Made by a program: the position numbers and the translations under genes. The notes under the pieces were generated by a model. The model was not told where the DNA came from. It did no database searches and saw only the letters and a program-made list of their open reading frames with translations. Shown piece by piece: positions 19,692 through 29,425 of a stretch of 57,402 nucleotides of DNA. The DNA is from a virus (taxonomy: Duplodnaviria > Caudoviricetes): positions 1 through 57,402 of the IMG/VR virus record IMGVR_UViG_3300033150_001005. One strand, written 5' to 3'. Each line of letters starts with the position of its first letter. The stretch's first letter is position 1.

Positions 19692-20903
19692 CTAAAAGCT
19701 GGACGCGTAAATTACAGCATCGCTCCGATAGGTGGTGAGCGCCAGCCGCTCTTCGGCTCGGATCGCCACGAGGTTCTTAGTGAAATAATCCGAGTGCTCG
19801 GTGCTGATTACCACCTGAGCCTGCTGACGGTCCCAGAGCGCAACGTGGGTAGCAAAAGCGCCCACAAGCGCAGTGCCAGCGGTCATTGCGGTAGTCGTCG
19901 CTACTGGCAGTCCCCACAGGGTAGGCTCAGCAACACCCTGCGGCCCGCCAAGCAGATACCGGCCAGTGCCCGCGGCGCGCTCCTCCGTCTTCAAGGTCTG
20001 AATCAATCGCCAATCGGTAGGGTGCATCACGACACCGGTAGCCGTCAGGTTCGCAGCCTCGATCTGTTCGATCATCCGGGCAACCTTATCGATCTTAGTA
20101 TCGTTGGTTTGCCCATATGTGGAGCTATCGTAGGCCGTCGCCTCATTGGTCAAGCCGCTGAGGTTTTGCCCCGTGGCATCGCCGGACAGGATCTGTTTGT
20201 CTTCCTCGTCCATCAGGCCGTCGATGAGCCGCTGGTTAATATAGGCTTGCAAACCCTGGAAGTCATCCAGGATTTGCCGGGATGCCGGAATCCAGTGTGC
20301 GATGGTGCGAACGTTCTCGTAATCGATCGTAAAAGTGAGCGCGGATTCCTCCTTGGCCGAAGCCTCGACCTGCGGCGAAGCGTTGCTCGTGAAGACGTTC
20401 TCCTTCACGAATTCCACCGCATTATTGCTCGTGGTGAATCGCGGAATCAGATCCCGCATACGGTTGCGCCGCACGCCCGGCTTGACGATTCCCGGCACGC
20501 GTGCAGGTACCAGAATGCCCGGCGTCGAGCTACCGACCGCCGAACTCGTGATCGTGGTCTTGAAATCCCCCGGAAAGAACGTCTTGACCGGCACCTCCAG
20601 CGAAATACCGCGGATGTGACCATCACTCCGAACGTGCCCAGCGAACTCCTTGAAGGCATCGTTCTCGATGATCACCTCACCAATGGACCTCGTTTCAGCG
20701 ACAGTGTTCGGCGCGATGTTGCGCTGTTGTGCCGCCTCAAGTTCATCCAGGCGGCGCAAAGCCCTTTCCGCCTTTTCCAATGCCGGCTTGGCCGGTGCAC
20801 CCAGCGCCTTCAGCTCCTCGTAGTGCTGCTTCCACATCTCGCGCTGGGCTTCAATTGCTTGCATGACGTCATTCTTGACGTCTTCCAACGTATGTTCAGG
20901 CAT
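19692..20903 (-). CDS. Major capsid protein, HK97 fold
   Basis: VRTIAHWIPASRQILDD, FTKNLVAIRAEERLAL. Confidence 0.97.
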   Translation of the reverse strand: MPEHTLEDVKNDVMQAIEAQREMWKQHYEELKALGAPAKPALEKAERALRRLDELEAAQQRNIAPNTVAETRSIGEVIIENDAFKEFAGHVRSDGHIRGISLEVPVKTFFPGDFKTTITSSAVGSSTPGILVPARVPGIVKPGVRRNRMRDLIPRFTTSNNAVEFVKENVFTSNASPQVEASAKEESALTFTIDYENVRTIAHWIPASRQILDDFQGLQAYINQRLIDGLMDEEDKQILSGDATGQNLSGLTNEATAYDSSTYGQTNDTKIDKVARMIEQIEAANLTATGVVMHPTDWRLIQTLKTEERAAGTGRYLLGGPQGVAEPTLWGLPVATTTAMTAGTALVGAFATHVALWDRQQAQVVISTEHSDYFTKNLVAIRAEERLALTTYRSDAVIYASSF

Positions 20904-20913
20904 AATGCCCTCC

Positions 20914-22179
20914 TCAGAATGGATTTTCCGTGATGGCCTTTACCAAGGCATCGCGGAATTGCTTCAACTGCTCCGAGTGGAGGGCATCTTCCTCCGGCTC
21001 GTCGCTCTTGTGTTCGTCGGCTCCCTCTGAAGTGGTGGCGGCTTTACTCGAAGTGCCACCGGCTTCACCCAAGAGTGACTTCAAATCTTCAATGACTCGC
21101 TCAATTGCTTCACGGGCAGCGGGCTTGAAGCCGCGCCCGTCTGCGGCGGCCTCCTTATGCGCCAGCCGCATCTCGTCAAACTCTTCCATCGCTACTGCGA
21201 AATTCGCCCGGAATTCATCGAGCAGCGCATCAACCCGGTCCTCTTTCGCGGGCTGGTTTGCTGCCTTATCGAGCAACGTTTCCAACAGCTTGCTTGCCAG
21301 AGCTTCAACCTGCGAAAACGGCAGCATCAGGGCATTGCGGACAGCGAACTCATTGTCCAGTTCGCTCTTCACATCCGTCACCTGAGCCCGCTCGTTGGCC
21401 GGGAACGTAACAAGCGCCACCTCCCACAGCTTGATTTCCTTGAGGTGACGGTAGCCGTCCTCGGAATCCTCCGGTTCAACCGCCTTGACCGTTGTGAATC
21501 CGATGGACAGCCCGCGAACCAAGCCTTTCTTTAGCCGGATGTAGGCCGTCTTAGCATTCGGCAGTTCCAGTTCCAGCTTGCCGGTGATCTCCAGGCCCTG
21601 CTTGGTGTCTTTGAGCGTCCCCAGCCCAATCGGCTCCCGGTAATCGTGCTGCCAGGTGATGATAATCTGCTTGCCATTCTCGCGGATGGTCTTGCGGAAA
21701 GCACCCGGCTCCACCACGTCGCCGTAGGAGTCCACATTGCCGTAGGTCGAGGCGAGCCCGACAAAGGTTCCATCTTCCTTGAGGGATTTGCACTCGAAAT
21801 TGAGCGTCTTTTCCTCGCGCTCGTCCGGCTTCTCCTTCAGCGTCGGCGGCTCCATCCCAGCGTCTCGAAGGTGTGCGGCAAGATGGTTGTAGACCCCGCG
21901 ACGGTCGCCCGCCGGAATCGTGGTCCCACCGCGCGCGCCATTCAGCACAGCGATGCCCGCAGAGCAGGCGACAGTACTGGCTGCTTGCGGCGTGCCGTCC
22001 TGGCTGACGAAATGATGGATGAACCGGTAGGCACTCTTCTGATCGCTCTCCGGGTCCCGCCAAGCGTAGATCTTGGCGTAATAACTCCTGTCCTCGTCGC
22101 TGCGGACTCGTTTCTTCATCGCGGCCGCATCCCACGACGCATCGGATGTAGCCGTGCTATGTGATTTGATTGCGGGCAT
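20914..22179 (-). CDS. HK97-family prohead protease with N- and C-terminal extensions
   Basis: GLASTYGNVDSYGDVVEPGAF, WQH, GLSIGF, EVALVTFPAN. Confidence 0.95.
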   Translation of the reverse strand: MPAIKSHSTATSDASWDAAAMKKRVRSDEDRSYYAKIYAWRDPESDQKSAYRFIHHFVSQDGTPQAASTVACSAGIAVLNGARGGTTIPAGDRRGVYNHLAAHLRDAGMEPPTLKEKPDEREEKTLNFECKSLKEDGTFVGLASTYGNVDSYGDVVEPGAFRKTIRENGKQIIITWQHDYREPIGLGTLKDTKQGLEITGKLELELPNAKTAYIRLKKGLVRGLSIGFTTVKAVEPEDSEDGYRHLKEIKLWEVALVTFPANERAQVTDVKSELDNEFAVRNALMLPFSQVEALASKLLETLLDKAANQPAKEDRVDALLDEFRANFAVAMEEFDEMRLAHKEAAADGRGFKPAAREAIERVIEDLKSLLGEAGGTSSKAATTSEGADEHKSDEPEEDALHSEQLKQFRDALVKAITENPF

Positions 22180-23506
22180 TTCCACCCCCTCCGAATGCTG
22201 TTTTTGCGGCTTCCTGGGCCGCGCCGGCGACAGCCTGCATGTTGAGCTGGACATAATGCTCATCGCCGCCATCTACCGGGTTAAGGTTCAGCCATCGGCG
22301 AACCTCGTTGATGCTATAGACTCCCTTTTCAAGTAGCTTGGCGAACGCCTCCGCTTGGCCGCGAAAGTCGCCACGGAGGAAGGCTTCCAAATCGTGCTCC
22401 GCGTAAAGCCGGTCCTCCAATTGTTCATCGCGGCTTAGAAGACAGCGGAAAACCGTCTCCTTCCATCGCCGCCGCCACGGGCTGAGCGTCTGTGTCAGGT
22501 AGTCAATGTTCTCCGCCTCGATGGAGTTGTAGTTGACGCGCTCCAAGTCCGCCAATTTGTGCGGCTTCATGCGGAACAACCGGCAGACCTCCAGGATCTG
22601 AAACTTTCGTTGCTCCACTAGTTGCGCCTTGTCGTTGTCCGGCGTCAAGGGAGTGATATCGGCGCCGGAATGGAGAATGGCCGGCTCGTGCGATCGATCC
22701 ACACCCTGAAACCACTCCTTCCACTTCTCCTTGAATGCCTTAGCAGACTCGGGGCTGAGAGCATTGGGGAACTTGACAACAACGCCGGGCGTCGCATTGT
22801 GCGCGAAGAACTTGCTTGCGTATTTGTTCGCGGCCAACGTCAGCCCAATCACCTGCCGCGCCCGCTGCATGATATCGTCACCCTGAGTGCCGGTTACTGT
22901 AAACCCCTTCAGGTGGAATACATCGTCGGCGCGGTACTCCTTCTCTTTGCCGTCCTCGTTGTGGAAGTAGATGATCCGCCCTTTGCGGTCTTGCTCCTGC
23001 CTGACCGTGTACGGCATCCAGGGCCACAACCAAACCAGCCCTTTCTTCTCCCGTGACCGCTCCTTCCAGGCATAGCCGTTGCCTGTCAGCGCCGCGTGCG
23101 CCGTCAGCGTCTCAACAAACTCGCCGGCGGAAATGTCCGGATTCGGCAGATTCTTCAACAAGGGAAATAGCGGATGGTCAATCGCCTTCTCAGTCGCGCT
23201 CCGATCCGCTGATCGCCGATAGAGCACAAACGGCAGGCTTCCCATATCCTCGGCAATGATCTTCACGCAGGCATACACCGCCGAGGCTTCAAGCGCCGTC
23301 TCCGCATTAACGCTGATGCCCGCATCTGAGGAGCCAGTGCCGATGCCGGAAAAGTAATAGCCGTTGCGCGCGTACCAATCCGAGAGAACCGTTCCTGCAG
23401 TAACAGTGTTGAATGCTGCCAGCGTCCCCTTCTTGCTGAGTTCGAGCAATGCCGGCTTATGGCGGTGCCACCAGATCTCGAACTTCAGCGAATTCAACAA
23501 CCGCAT
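22157..23506 (-). CDS. Portal protein, HK97 family
   Basis: SAVYACVKIIAED, LTGNGY, INEVRRWLNLNPVDGGD. Confidence 0.97.
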   Translation of the reverse strand: MRLLNSLKFEIWWHRHKPALLELSKKGTLAAFNTVTAGTVLSDWYARNGYYFSGIGTGSSDAGISVNAETALEASAVYACVKIIAEDMGSLPFVLYRRSADRSATEKAIDHPLFPLLKNLPNPDISAGEFVETLTAHAALTGNGYAWKERSREKKGLVWLWPWMPYTVRQEQDRKGRIIYFHNEDGKEKEYRADDVFHLKGFTVTGTQGDDIMQRARQVIGLTLAANKYASKFFAHNATPGVVVKFPNALSPESAKAFKEKWKEWFQGVDRSHEPAILHSGADITPLTPDNDKAQLVEQRKFQILEVCRLFRMKPHKLADLERVNYNSIEAENIDYLTQTLSPWRRRWKETVFRCLLSRDEQLEDRLYAEHDLEAFLRGDFRGQAEAFAKLLEKGVYSINEVRRWLNLNPVDGGDEHYVQLNMQAVAGAAQEAAKTAFGGGGNARNQIT

Positions 23507-25188
23507 CAGACGTACACCGTCGCCGGATCAGCATAGCCCCACTCCGGCTCCTTGGCGCTCAGTGCGCGCGACAACGCCATCATCGCCGCCACCGGCCCAT
23601 CGATCTTGTTTTCCCGCCGCTCCTTCCGCGGATAGACGTTGCCCTTCACGTCTTCCTTTGCCACCACATTCCCCAGCATCCAACTGAGCACCGGGTCCCC
23701 ATCGTGCCGAATCGATCCATCAAGGATCATGGCGCCCAGGGCCTTCATCGGCTCAGAGATATGCAGGGTGTTCATCGGAATTTCGACCATCGGCAGCCCC
23801 TCCTGTGACATACGTGTGGCAAGTTCTGTCGCCTGATATGGGTCGTAGCAGATCTCTTTCGGATTCACCCGGCGCGCCCAATCGGCCAGATCGCGTTCGA
23901 TGAAGGCGAAATCGATGATCGGACCGGGCGTCAGCGTCATTCGCCCTTGTTGCGCCCAGCCGGCGTAGAGATCGTAGTTTGGCTTTCCCTTCTCCACGGC
24001 ATCTTCCGGCAAGTAGTAGTCGCCGAAAACCGCCCAATGGTCTTCGGCGCGGTAGATGCGCATGAAGGCGGCCACGTCCCACTTGCTTGCCAAGTCCAGC
24101 CCAAACCAACAGGGGTAGCCCTCATAATCGGACTCGGCAATGTTCCGCTTGCAACGGCCCCAAGCCAGCATATTGAAGTAGCTTTGCCCGCCGGAAAGCC
24201 AGATGTTGAGCCGCTTTGTCTGAAAGTTCGCTTGCGCCAGCGGATTGATTTGAGCCTGCTTGCAAAGCGTCTCAATATCATCCCGAAGAACCGATACCCC
24301 GTAGTTGGGATTGGCCTTTCGCCACGATTTCGGCGATAACCAGTCATCCTCCGGGTCTAGCGTGTAAATGATGCCGAAATAGCGGTCAGCCTCAACACGC
24401 CCCTCTAGCATCTGCGTTACAAACTCTCGCTGCTCGTAACAGATACCCTCCTTGTTCGTGCCAGCCGTGGTGATGATCCACTTCAGCGGCTGTTGCCGTG
24501 ATCCGGTCGAGGTATCAATCGCGTCAAATACTTCCCGCCCCTTGTGCGCGTGTAGTTCGTCAATGATTGCACAATGAATGTTTAGCCCATCGAGCGAGTC
24601 CGCATCCGAGGCCAACGGGCGAAAAACCCCGGCACTCTGCGGGACGTAGAGGTGGTGGTTGAACACCTCGACGCCTTGGCTTGCCCGTAGCCCCGGCGTG
24701 CGCAATGCCATCTGCCGCGCGATCTCGAAAACGATCCGCGCCTGATCCCGCGTAACCGCCGCGGAGTAAACTTCGGGTCCGGGCTCACGGTCGGCGGTGA
24801 GCATGTAGAGTCCGATAGCGGCACAAAGGCTTGATTTGCCGTTCTTCCGCGGCACCTCAACATACGCGGTCCGGAAGCGTCGCAAGTCATCGGTCTTGCC
24901 GACCCAGCCGAAAACCGTGGCGAGCAGGAAGCATTCCCAATCCTCAAGCTGGAGCGTCCGGCTACTCCAGCGCCCCTTGATGTGGGGCAATAGCTCGACA
25001 AATCGGCAGACCCGGTTGCCGAGATCGCGTTCGAATTTGAACGGGAACTGCGGGTCTTTCTCGCGCTCGCGGTCCTTGAGCTGGCGCTCGCAGGCGAGCT
25101 TGACCCAACGGCACGCCGGGATCTTGCCATTGAGTACCGCCCGAGCATAGCGTTCAGCCCGGTCGCAGTAATCATTCCGCTTGCCCAC
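23506..25188 (-). CDS. terL: Terminase large subunit
   Basis: EVPRKNGKS Walker A, IIDELH Walker B, ITTAG, KIDG. Confidence 0.97.
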   Translation of the reverse strand: MGKRNDYCDRAERYARAVLNGKIPACRWVKLACERQLKDREREKDPQFPFKFERDLGNRVCRFVELLPHIKGRWSSRTLQLEDWECFLLATVFGWVGKTDDLRRFRTAYVEVPRKNGKSSLCAAIGLYMLTADREPGPEVYSAAVTRDQARIVFEIARQMALRTPGLRASQGVEVFNHHLYVPQSAGVFRPLASDADSLDGLNIHCAIIDELHAHKGREVFDAIDTSTGSRQQPLKWIITTAGTNKEGICYEQREFVTQMLEGRVEADRYFGIIYTLDPEDDWLSPKSWRKANPNYGVSVLRDDIETLCKQAQINPLAQANFQTKRLNIWLSGGQSYFNMLAWGRCKRNIAESDYEGYPCWFGLDLASKWDVAAFMRIYRAEDHWAVFGDYYLPEDAVEKGKPNYDLYAGWAQQGRMTLTPGPIIDFAFIERDLADWARRVNPKEICYDPYQATELATRMSQEGLPMVEIPMNTLHISEPMKALGAMILDGSIRHDGDPVLSWMLGNVVAKEDVKGNVYPRKERRENKIDGPVAAMMALSRALSAKEPEWGYADPATVYV

Positions 25189-25189
25189 A

Positions 25190-25654
25190 TCAGAACTTTG
25201 CCCAGGGATCGTCCTCCGGGCCAGCATCCGGAGTCTTCAAAGTCGCCCGTGAGGCAGGCGTGAACCCGAAGTCTCGATAGCCGCGCCACAGATGCCCCAG
25301 AATCTCCTTCATCTCCCGGACCGCCGGGTTGATATGGACCACGCCACTCCGCTTATTGGCGATGAGGAATCCCGCCTTCCGCACCAGGTCCGCCATCTCC
25401 TGAAAACGGGCCTCCAAGTAAGCGATCTTCTCCAGTGGTCGCCCGTCCGCCTCCGTCAGCACTCGCATGTGCTCGGTGAGCGTCAGGAGGTCGCCGTAGT
25501 GCTTCTTCGCCAGTTCATCCTCGGCGAGCAGCCCGGTCTCGTCCGGTCGTCGCTCAGCCGGTTTCGGCTCCCGCTTGTTGATTGGCCGGTGCTGCGGATT
25601 GCCTGCACGAATCCTGATCGGCGTCGGTGTCGGTGCTGGTCCTCGAAGTCCCAT
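25190..25654 (-). CDS. terS: Terminase small subunit (P27-like)
   Basis: RGPAPTPT..GNP..R; NPA; FGFTPASR. Confidence 0.93.
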   Translation of the reverse strand: MGLRGPAPTPTPIRIRAGNPQHRPINKREPKPAERRPDETGLLAEDELAKKHYGDLLTLTEHMRVLTEADGRPLEKIAYLEARFQEMADLVRKAGFLIANKRSGVVHINPAVREMKEILGHLWRGYRDFGFTPASRATLKTPDAGPEDDPWAKF

Positions 25655-27003
25655 CAGCTTGCCTTCTTCAATGCCCGCAGATCACACTTGCGCTTGGTCA
25701 TTTGCACGATCTTCCACGGCTTTGCCTTCGGGGCACCACAGTAACGATCCGGTCCGCCAAATTGTCGCAGCCCTTCAATGACTGCGCGCTTGTCGGTCAC
25801 AGTCACTCGCCCGTCGTGAACCCTGTAGGCCTTCCGGCGCCTCCACTCGCCGATGATGTCCACAGCCTCAAGCCCCGCGCGAAGTGAAACCATTGACATT
25901 ACCCGCATTTCCGGAGAGTAAACGCGGGTCCGCTCAGCCATCTTGACCGGCCAACTCCGCTCATCACCGCGTCCAAAAAACTCCACCCACTTGCCTCGAT
26001 AATCTCGTTCCCAGTGGACGACGGCATCCTCCATCACGGTATGAGGAGTGGGCATAAACACCGACGGTGACGGTTTGAGCAGGAAATCGCTAGCCCCCGG
26101 CAGTTCCGAGATTTTCATGAGCGTCTCGCGGAACTCTGCCCAGTCGTCCTCAGTCTCGCCCGGCAGGTCCAGGATGAGATACATGAATAATCCCTTCCGC
26201 TTCAGAGCAATCGCCTTACGAGCGGCCTCCACCACTTGCTCATTCGTGTACGGTTTGCGCACCGACTGGCGGAGCCTTTCAGACAGACCTTCAACGCCAA
26301 CCCGCGGAACGCTATCGCTGCGCTTTTCGATTCGATCAAGCCTTACATCCGAGTCAACCCGGATCTTGCCCATTCGGTGGCATATTGCCGTTAGCTCATC
26401 GTCCGCCTTGTGCATCGTCGGTTCCGGAGCAAATAGCGAAACCCGCTTGCCCTTGGTTGACCAGAGCAGCTTCCGCGCCTCGTCGAGCGGCAGTTCACGA
26501 TACGGCTTCAACTGCGCCACAGCACAGAACGTGCAAGGCATCCGGCAGCCCCTGGCTACCTCGATACGAGCAATGCCATTGGTCTCATGGAGAAACGGCG
26601 GCAGTTGCTCGGCATTTCCCCAGCGGACAGATCGCTGGTCCTCAGACGTCAACACGTACGGACTCTCGCGGCCCTCGACGGCATCTTCAATCGCAACCTC
26701 CCCATCGCCCACCACGACCGCGTCAGCGAAAGGCAAGAATACAACTGGGTTGAACGCGTTGAAGCCGCCAACAACAATCCGCGGGCGCGGCTGACGATCC
26801 TTGCGGATACCGGCCTTCTGCAAAAAATCAGCTAGCGCATACAGGTGTTCCCACCAGAAGCAGGAGAAAACCAGCGTGTCAACGTATCGGGCCGTCCTCG
26901 GGGTAACCCGGAAAACCTCATGCTTGCCTCTGAGCACGTGCAGGCAAAGCGCCAACCCATATGCCAGATCATCGCGCCCGAAAGTCAGATACCCGATTCT
27001 CAC
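25654..27003 (-). CDS. Radical SAM protein with a B12-binding-like N-terminal domain
   Basis: EVARGCRMPCTFC (CxxxCxxC); VVGG..A, VVGDGE, LPGET. Confidence 0.9.
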   Translation of the reverse strand: MRIGYLTFGRDDLAYGLALCLHVLRGKHEVFRVTPRTARYVDTLVFSCFWWEHLYALADFLQKAGIRKDRQPRPRIVVGGFNAFNPVVFLPFADAVVVGDGEVAIEDAVEGRESPYVLTSEDQRSVRWGNAEQLPPFLHETNGIARIEVARGCRMPCTFCAVAQLKPYRELPLDEARKLLWSTKGKRVSLFAPEPTMHKADDELTAICHRMGKIRVDSDVRLDRIEKRSDSVPRVGVEGLSERLRQSVRKPYTNEQVVEAARKAIALKRKGLFMYLILDLPGETEDDWAEFRETLMKISELPGASDFLLKPSPSVFMPTPHTVMEDAVVHWERDYRGKWVEFFGRGDERSWPVKMAERTRVYSPEMRVMSMVSLRAGLEAVDIIGEWRRRKAYRVHDGRVTVTDKRAVIEGLRQFGGPDRYCGAPKAKPWKIVQMTKRKCDLRALKKAS

Positions 27004-27590
27004 TCCTGCACCTTGTATTTGCACTCATAGGTCTTGACCATCTGCTCAAGCACTCGAGTGATCTCCTGCCGCTTTGCAAGCCATATGCCAGGATGAAAGG
27101 TCATGCCCACCTTTACGCCAGGCTCGACCTCCGGGACATCGACAGGGAGATCCGCGTCCGCGTCTCCGATGCCCTGTTCACCGCGAATCAGATCCTCCAC
27201 CGCCGATGAGTCAACCTGTCCGATATCCGCAACTAGACCGGAGAGAATCTCTTCGTCCGGAACGGCCATGGCGCCCAGCGGATCGAATGTCGCAATAATC
27301 AGCTTTTCCTCGTCTTCGTCCAGATCAACATAGGTAACCGGAACCTTCTCCCCACGCGAAATCGCCATGGCGACGCGCGCGTGACCGTCGATGACGTAGC
27401 CGGTGCGTTTATTGACGATCACCCGTTGCACCCAACCAACCTGATCCAAGACGCCCGCCAGCGCATCTTGCTGGGCCTTCGGGTGAATGCGCCAGTTATG
27501 CGGGTTCGCCAACAATTGATCGGCGTCAACCTCGTCCTGACCGACTATCCGGTTTTGCCACTGCCGGGGTTGTGCTTTCTTACGGGCCAT
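27000..27590 (-). CDS. ParB-like nuclease-domain protein
   Basis: NPHNWRIHP..Q, VIDGHAR. Confidence 0.85.
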   Translation of the reverse strand: MARKKAQPRQWQNRIVGQDEVDADQLLANPHNWRIHPKAQQDALAGVLDQVGWVQRVIVNKRTGYVIDGHARVAMAISRGEKVPVTYVDLDEDEEKLIIATFDPLGAMAVPDEEILSGLVADIGQVDSSAVEDLIRGEQGIGDADADLPVDVPEVEPGVKVGMTFHPGIWLAKRQEITRVLEQMVKTYECKYKVQE

Positions 27591-27599
27591 CAAGCGAGC

Positions 27600-27690
27600 A
27601 TCCCCTTAAAAACCTGCGCGCGCATAAAATTGACTCGTCGCACGGTCTCGCGCCGCACTGCGCAGATTTTGCGCCGTGCCCCTCCCTTTA
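27600..27690 (-). other. Probable cos/packaging site region
   Basis: Non-coding gap just after the HNH gene with a GGGG..AAATC..GACCG..TTTT..CGCGCG pattern typical of HK97-like cos regions (by analogy). Confidence 0.45.
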
Positions 27691-27701
27691 CTTTCAACAA
27701 C

Positions 27702-28076
27702 TTAGCGCCGCTTGCTGCGATACCAACCCCGCTCCGGCTCAATCTCGTCATGGCACTGGCGGCACAGCGGCATCAGGTTCGCCGGATCGTAGGCTAGCCC
27801 CGGTGCCTCCCGGACGGGGCGGACGTGATGAACTTCTGTCGCCAATCGCGTTCGCCCGGCCTCCTTGCAGCGCTGGCACAACGGATGTTTGGCGAGTACG
27901 ATTCGCCGCACTTTCCGCCATCGGGCATCGTAGCCTCGTTGTGCTGCGCTTCCGCGCACTTCATCGGCTGCTTTCGCATCAGCTCGCTTATGTCGCGGGC
28001 AGTAGCCGCCCGTTCCGGCCCGGACCAGTTCAGTGCAACCGGGCTTGCGGCATGGACGGAGCGGAGCTTGTGCCAT
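27702..28076 (-). CDS. Terminase-associated HNH endonuclease (HK97 gp74-like)
   Basis: RGSAAQRGYDARW, HPLC..C, ATEVHH, NLMPLC..CH. Confidence 0.92.
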   Translation of the reverse strand: MAQAPLRPCRKPGCTELVRAGTGGYCPRHKRADAKAADEVRGSAAQRGYDARWRKVRRIVLAKHPLCQRCKEAGRTRLATEVHHVRPVREAPGLAYDPANLMPLCRQCHDEIEPERGWYRSKRR

Positions 28077-28077
28077 G

Positions 28078-28389
28078 TCAGCCCAGATTGCGGGGGATAT
28101 TGAGGACCGGGAAGTCCACACCGGGCCAAGTTCTATGGACTCCGCCTTGCCGGTCAGAGGCTCCACCCAGCCGCTCCACCGAGTAATAGAGCACGTTGCC
28201 GCCGCTATCCGCGATCAGTTGCCAGCGATTGGATTGCTTGTCAACGAACTCCAATCGGTAATAGGTTGTAGTGCCATAGCGCAGCGCGGCAAGAAAATCA
28301 ACATGCGATGCAATCACCGCATGGTCGGCGTGCTTGTCCAGAATCCTGGTCCCCTTCGGGGAGCCGTCCGAATCGACGTGTGGAAACAT
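28078..28389 (-). CDS. Hypothetical protein
   Basis: ORF with AAGGA SD filling the gap. Confidence 0.55.
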   Translation of the reverse strand: MFPHVDSDGSPKGTRILDKHADHAVIASHVDFLAALRYGTTTYYRLEFVDKQSNRWQLIADSGGNVLYYSVERLGGASDRQGGVHRTWPGVDFPVLNIPRNLG

Positions 28390-28399
28390 ATATTCCTTG

Positions 28400-28595
28400 T
28401 GCGACAGTAGCGGCGCCACCCGCTGGCTTAAGGCGGGTGCTTGCTACACCCTGACGGCTTGCGCCGCCCCACGCGCTGCCGCGACCACGTGGCCCACTAT
28501 AACCCGCCGGAGGGACCTTTCAGCCGCGAATCCGGAAGCGACCGGTCCATGTCCGGCGGGCAGTAAGGCGATCCCAAAGGACCGCCGGAGAAGAC
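28400..28595 (-). ncRNA. Candidate structured non-coding RNA
   Basis: ~200-nt intergenic stretch with nested stems: cccgccgga/tccggcggg, ggcggtcc/ggatcgcc, ggcggc-gcaa-gccgtc, cacccgc/gcgggtg. Confidence 0.45.
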
Positions 28596-28868
28596 CTACG
28601 CCCGGAATGTGCCGGGGTCAGTCTTCAATTCTTTGAACGCACGCCGCAATCTTCGCATCTCCGCATCCACGTCGATACCGTGATGCTGCGCCCAGCGCTT
28701 GCCCAATGTGTGTACCGCTTCCCGATACGGCCACTGGTGATGCTCCCGGCACAGCGGAATTGCTTGACTGTCGGGAGCCTTGCGCCCAAAGGCTCGCGGC
28801 CCGTAGTGGTGCGCTTCAACCGGGCGCTTGCCGCAGATCAGACAGGGCTGCTGGCGAATCCATTCCAT
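28596..28868 (-). CDS. DUF968-like zinc/HNH-type protein
   Basis: WIRQQPCLICG..EAHH, KAPD...IPLCREHH; start uncertain because the frame extends through the tRNA. Confidence 0.75.
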   Translation of the reverse strand: MEWIRQQPCLICGKRPVEAHHYGPRAFGRKAPDSQAIPLCREHHQWPYREAVHTLGKRWAQHHGIDVDAEMRRLRRAFKELKTDPGTFRA

Positions 28869-28882
28869 GTACTTCCGGTCTC

Positions 28883-28956
28883 TGGCTGGAGCGCGGGGGC
28901 TCGAACCCCGATCCCCGGAATCAAAGCCCGGTATCCTCCCATTGGACGACGCTCCA
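28883..28956 (-). tRNA. tRNA-Gln(TTG)
   Basis: 74-nt cloverleaf: acceptor tggagcg/cgctcca, anticodon arm ccggg-ctTTGat-tccgg, GGTTCGAG T-loop, CCA end. Confidence 0.9.
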
Positions 28957-29049
28957 TGGCTGATCATCGCCACGGCGGCGGCTCGCCATGCTTGGAGCCC
29001 ATCTGATAGCGCCAGACGGCAATGGCTTCCTCCTCGCTGTCGAAGCCCG

Positions 29050-29388
29050 CTATTTCCCAGAGGGGAGCGGTGGCGGGGGGCAAATCCGCCTGGATTCCTT
29101 CAATGTCCAAACCTTCAGCCCGTTGTCGAGTCTCTGCTGCCATGAATATCTCGTGCCGGCCAGTTGCCCCAGCGTGATCGGTGGTGGATCAAATGGCCGG
29201 CGATAGCGGATCGCCCGCACGGGCTTTCCCTTCCGGGTCCGCACCACCCGCACCATGCCGGCGGCTTCCATCCGCTTGATCTTCGCCAGACTCCACCAGC
29301 CCAGCAACTCGCCGTCATAGCGGTACAACCGAATTAGATTCGCCGACAAATCGCCTATGTGCTTTATCCGCCGCCACATAGCGGCCAT
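29050..29388 (-). CDS. Hypothetical protein (possibly frameshifted near the C-terminus)
   Basis: ORF; an alternative frame continues to about 28964. Confidence 0.55.
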   Translation of the reverse strand: MAAMWRRIKHIGDLSANLIRLYRYDGELLGWWSLAKIKRMEAAGMVRVVRTRKGKPVRAIRYRRPFDPPPITLGQLAGTRYSWQQRLDNGLKVWTLKESRRICPPPPLPSGK

Positions 29389-29425
29389 GCGGGAGATGGA
29401 TTAACGACCGTCCCGGCGGTCGATG

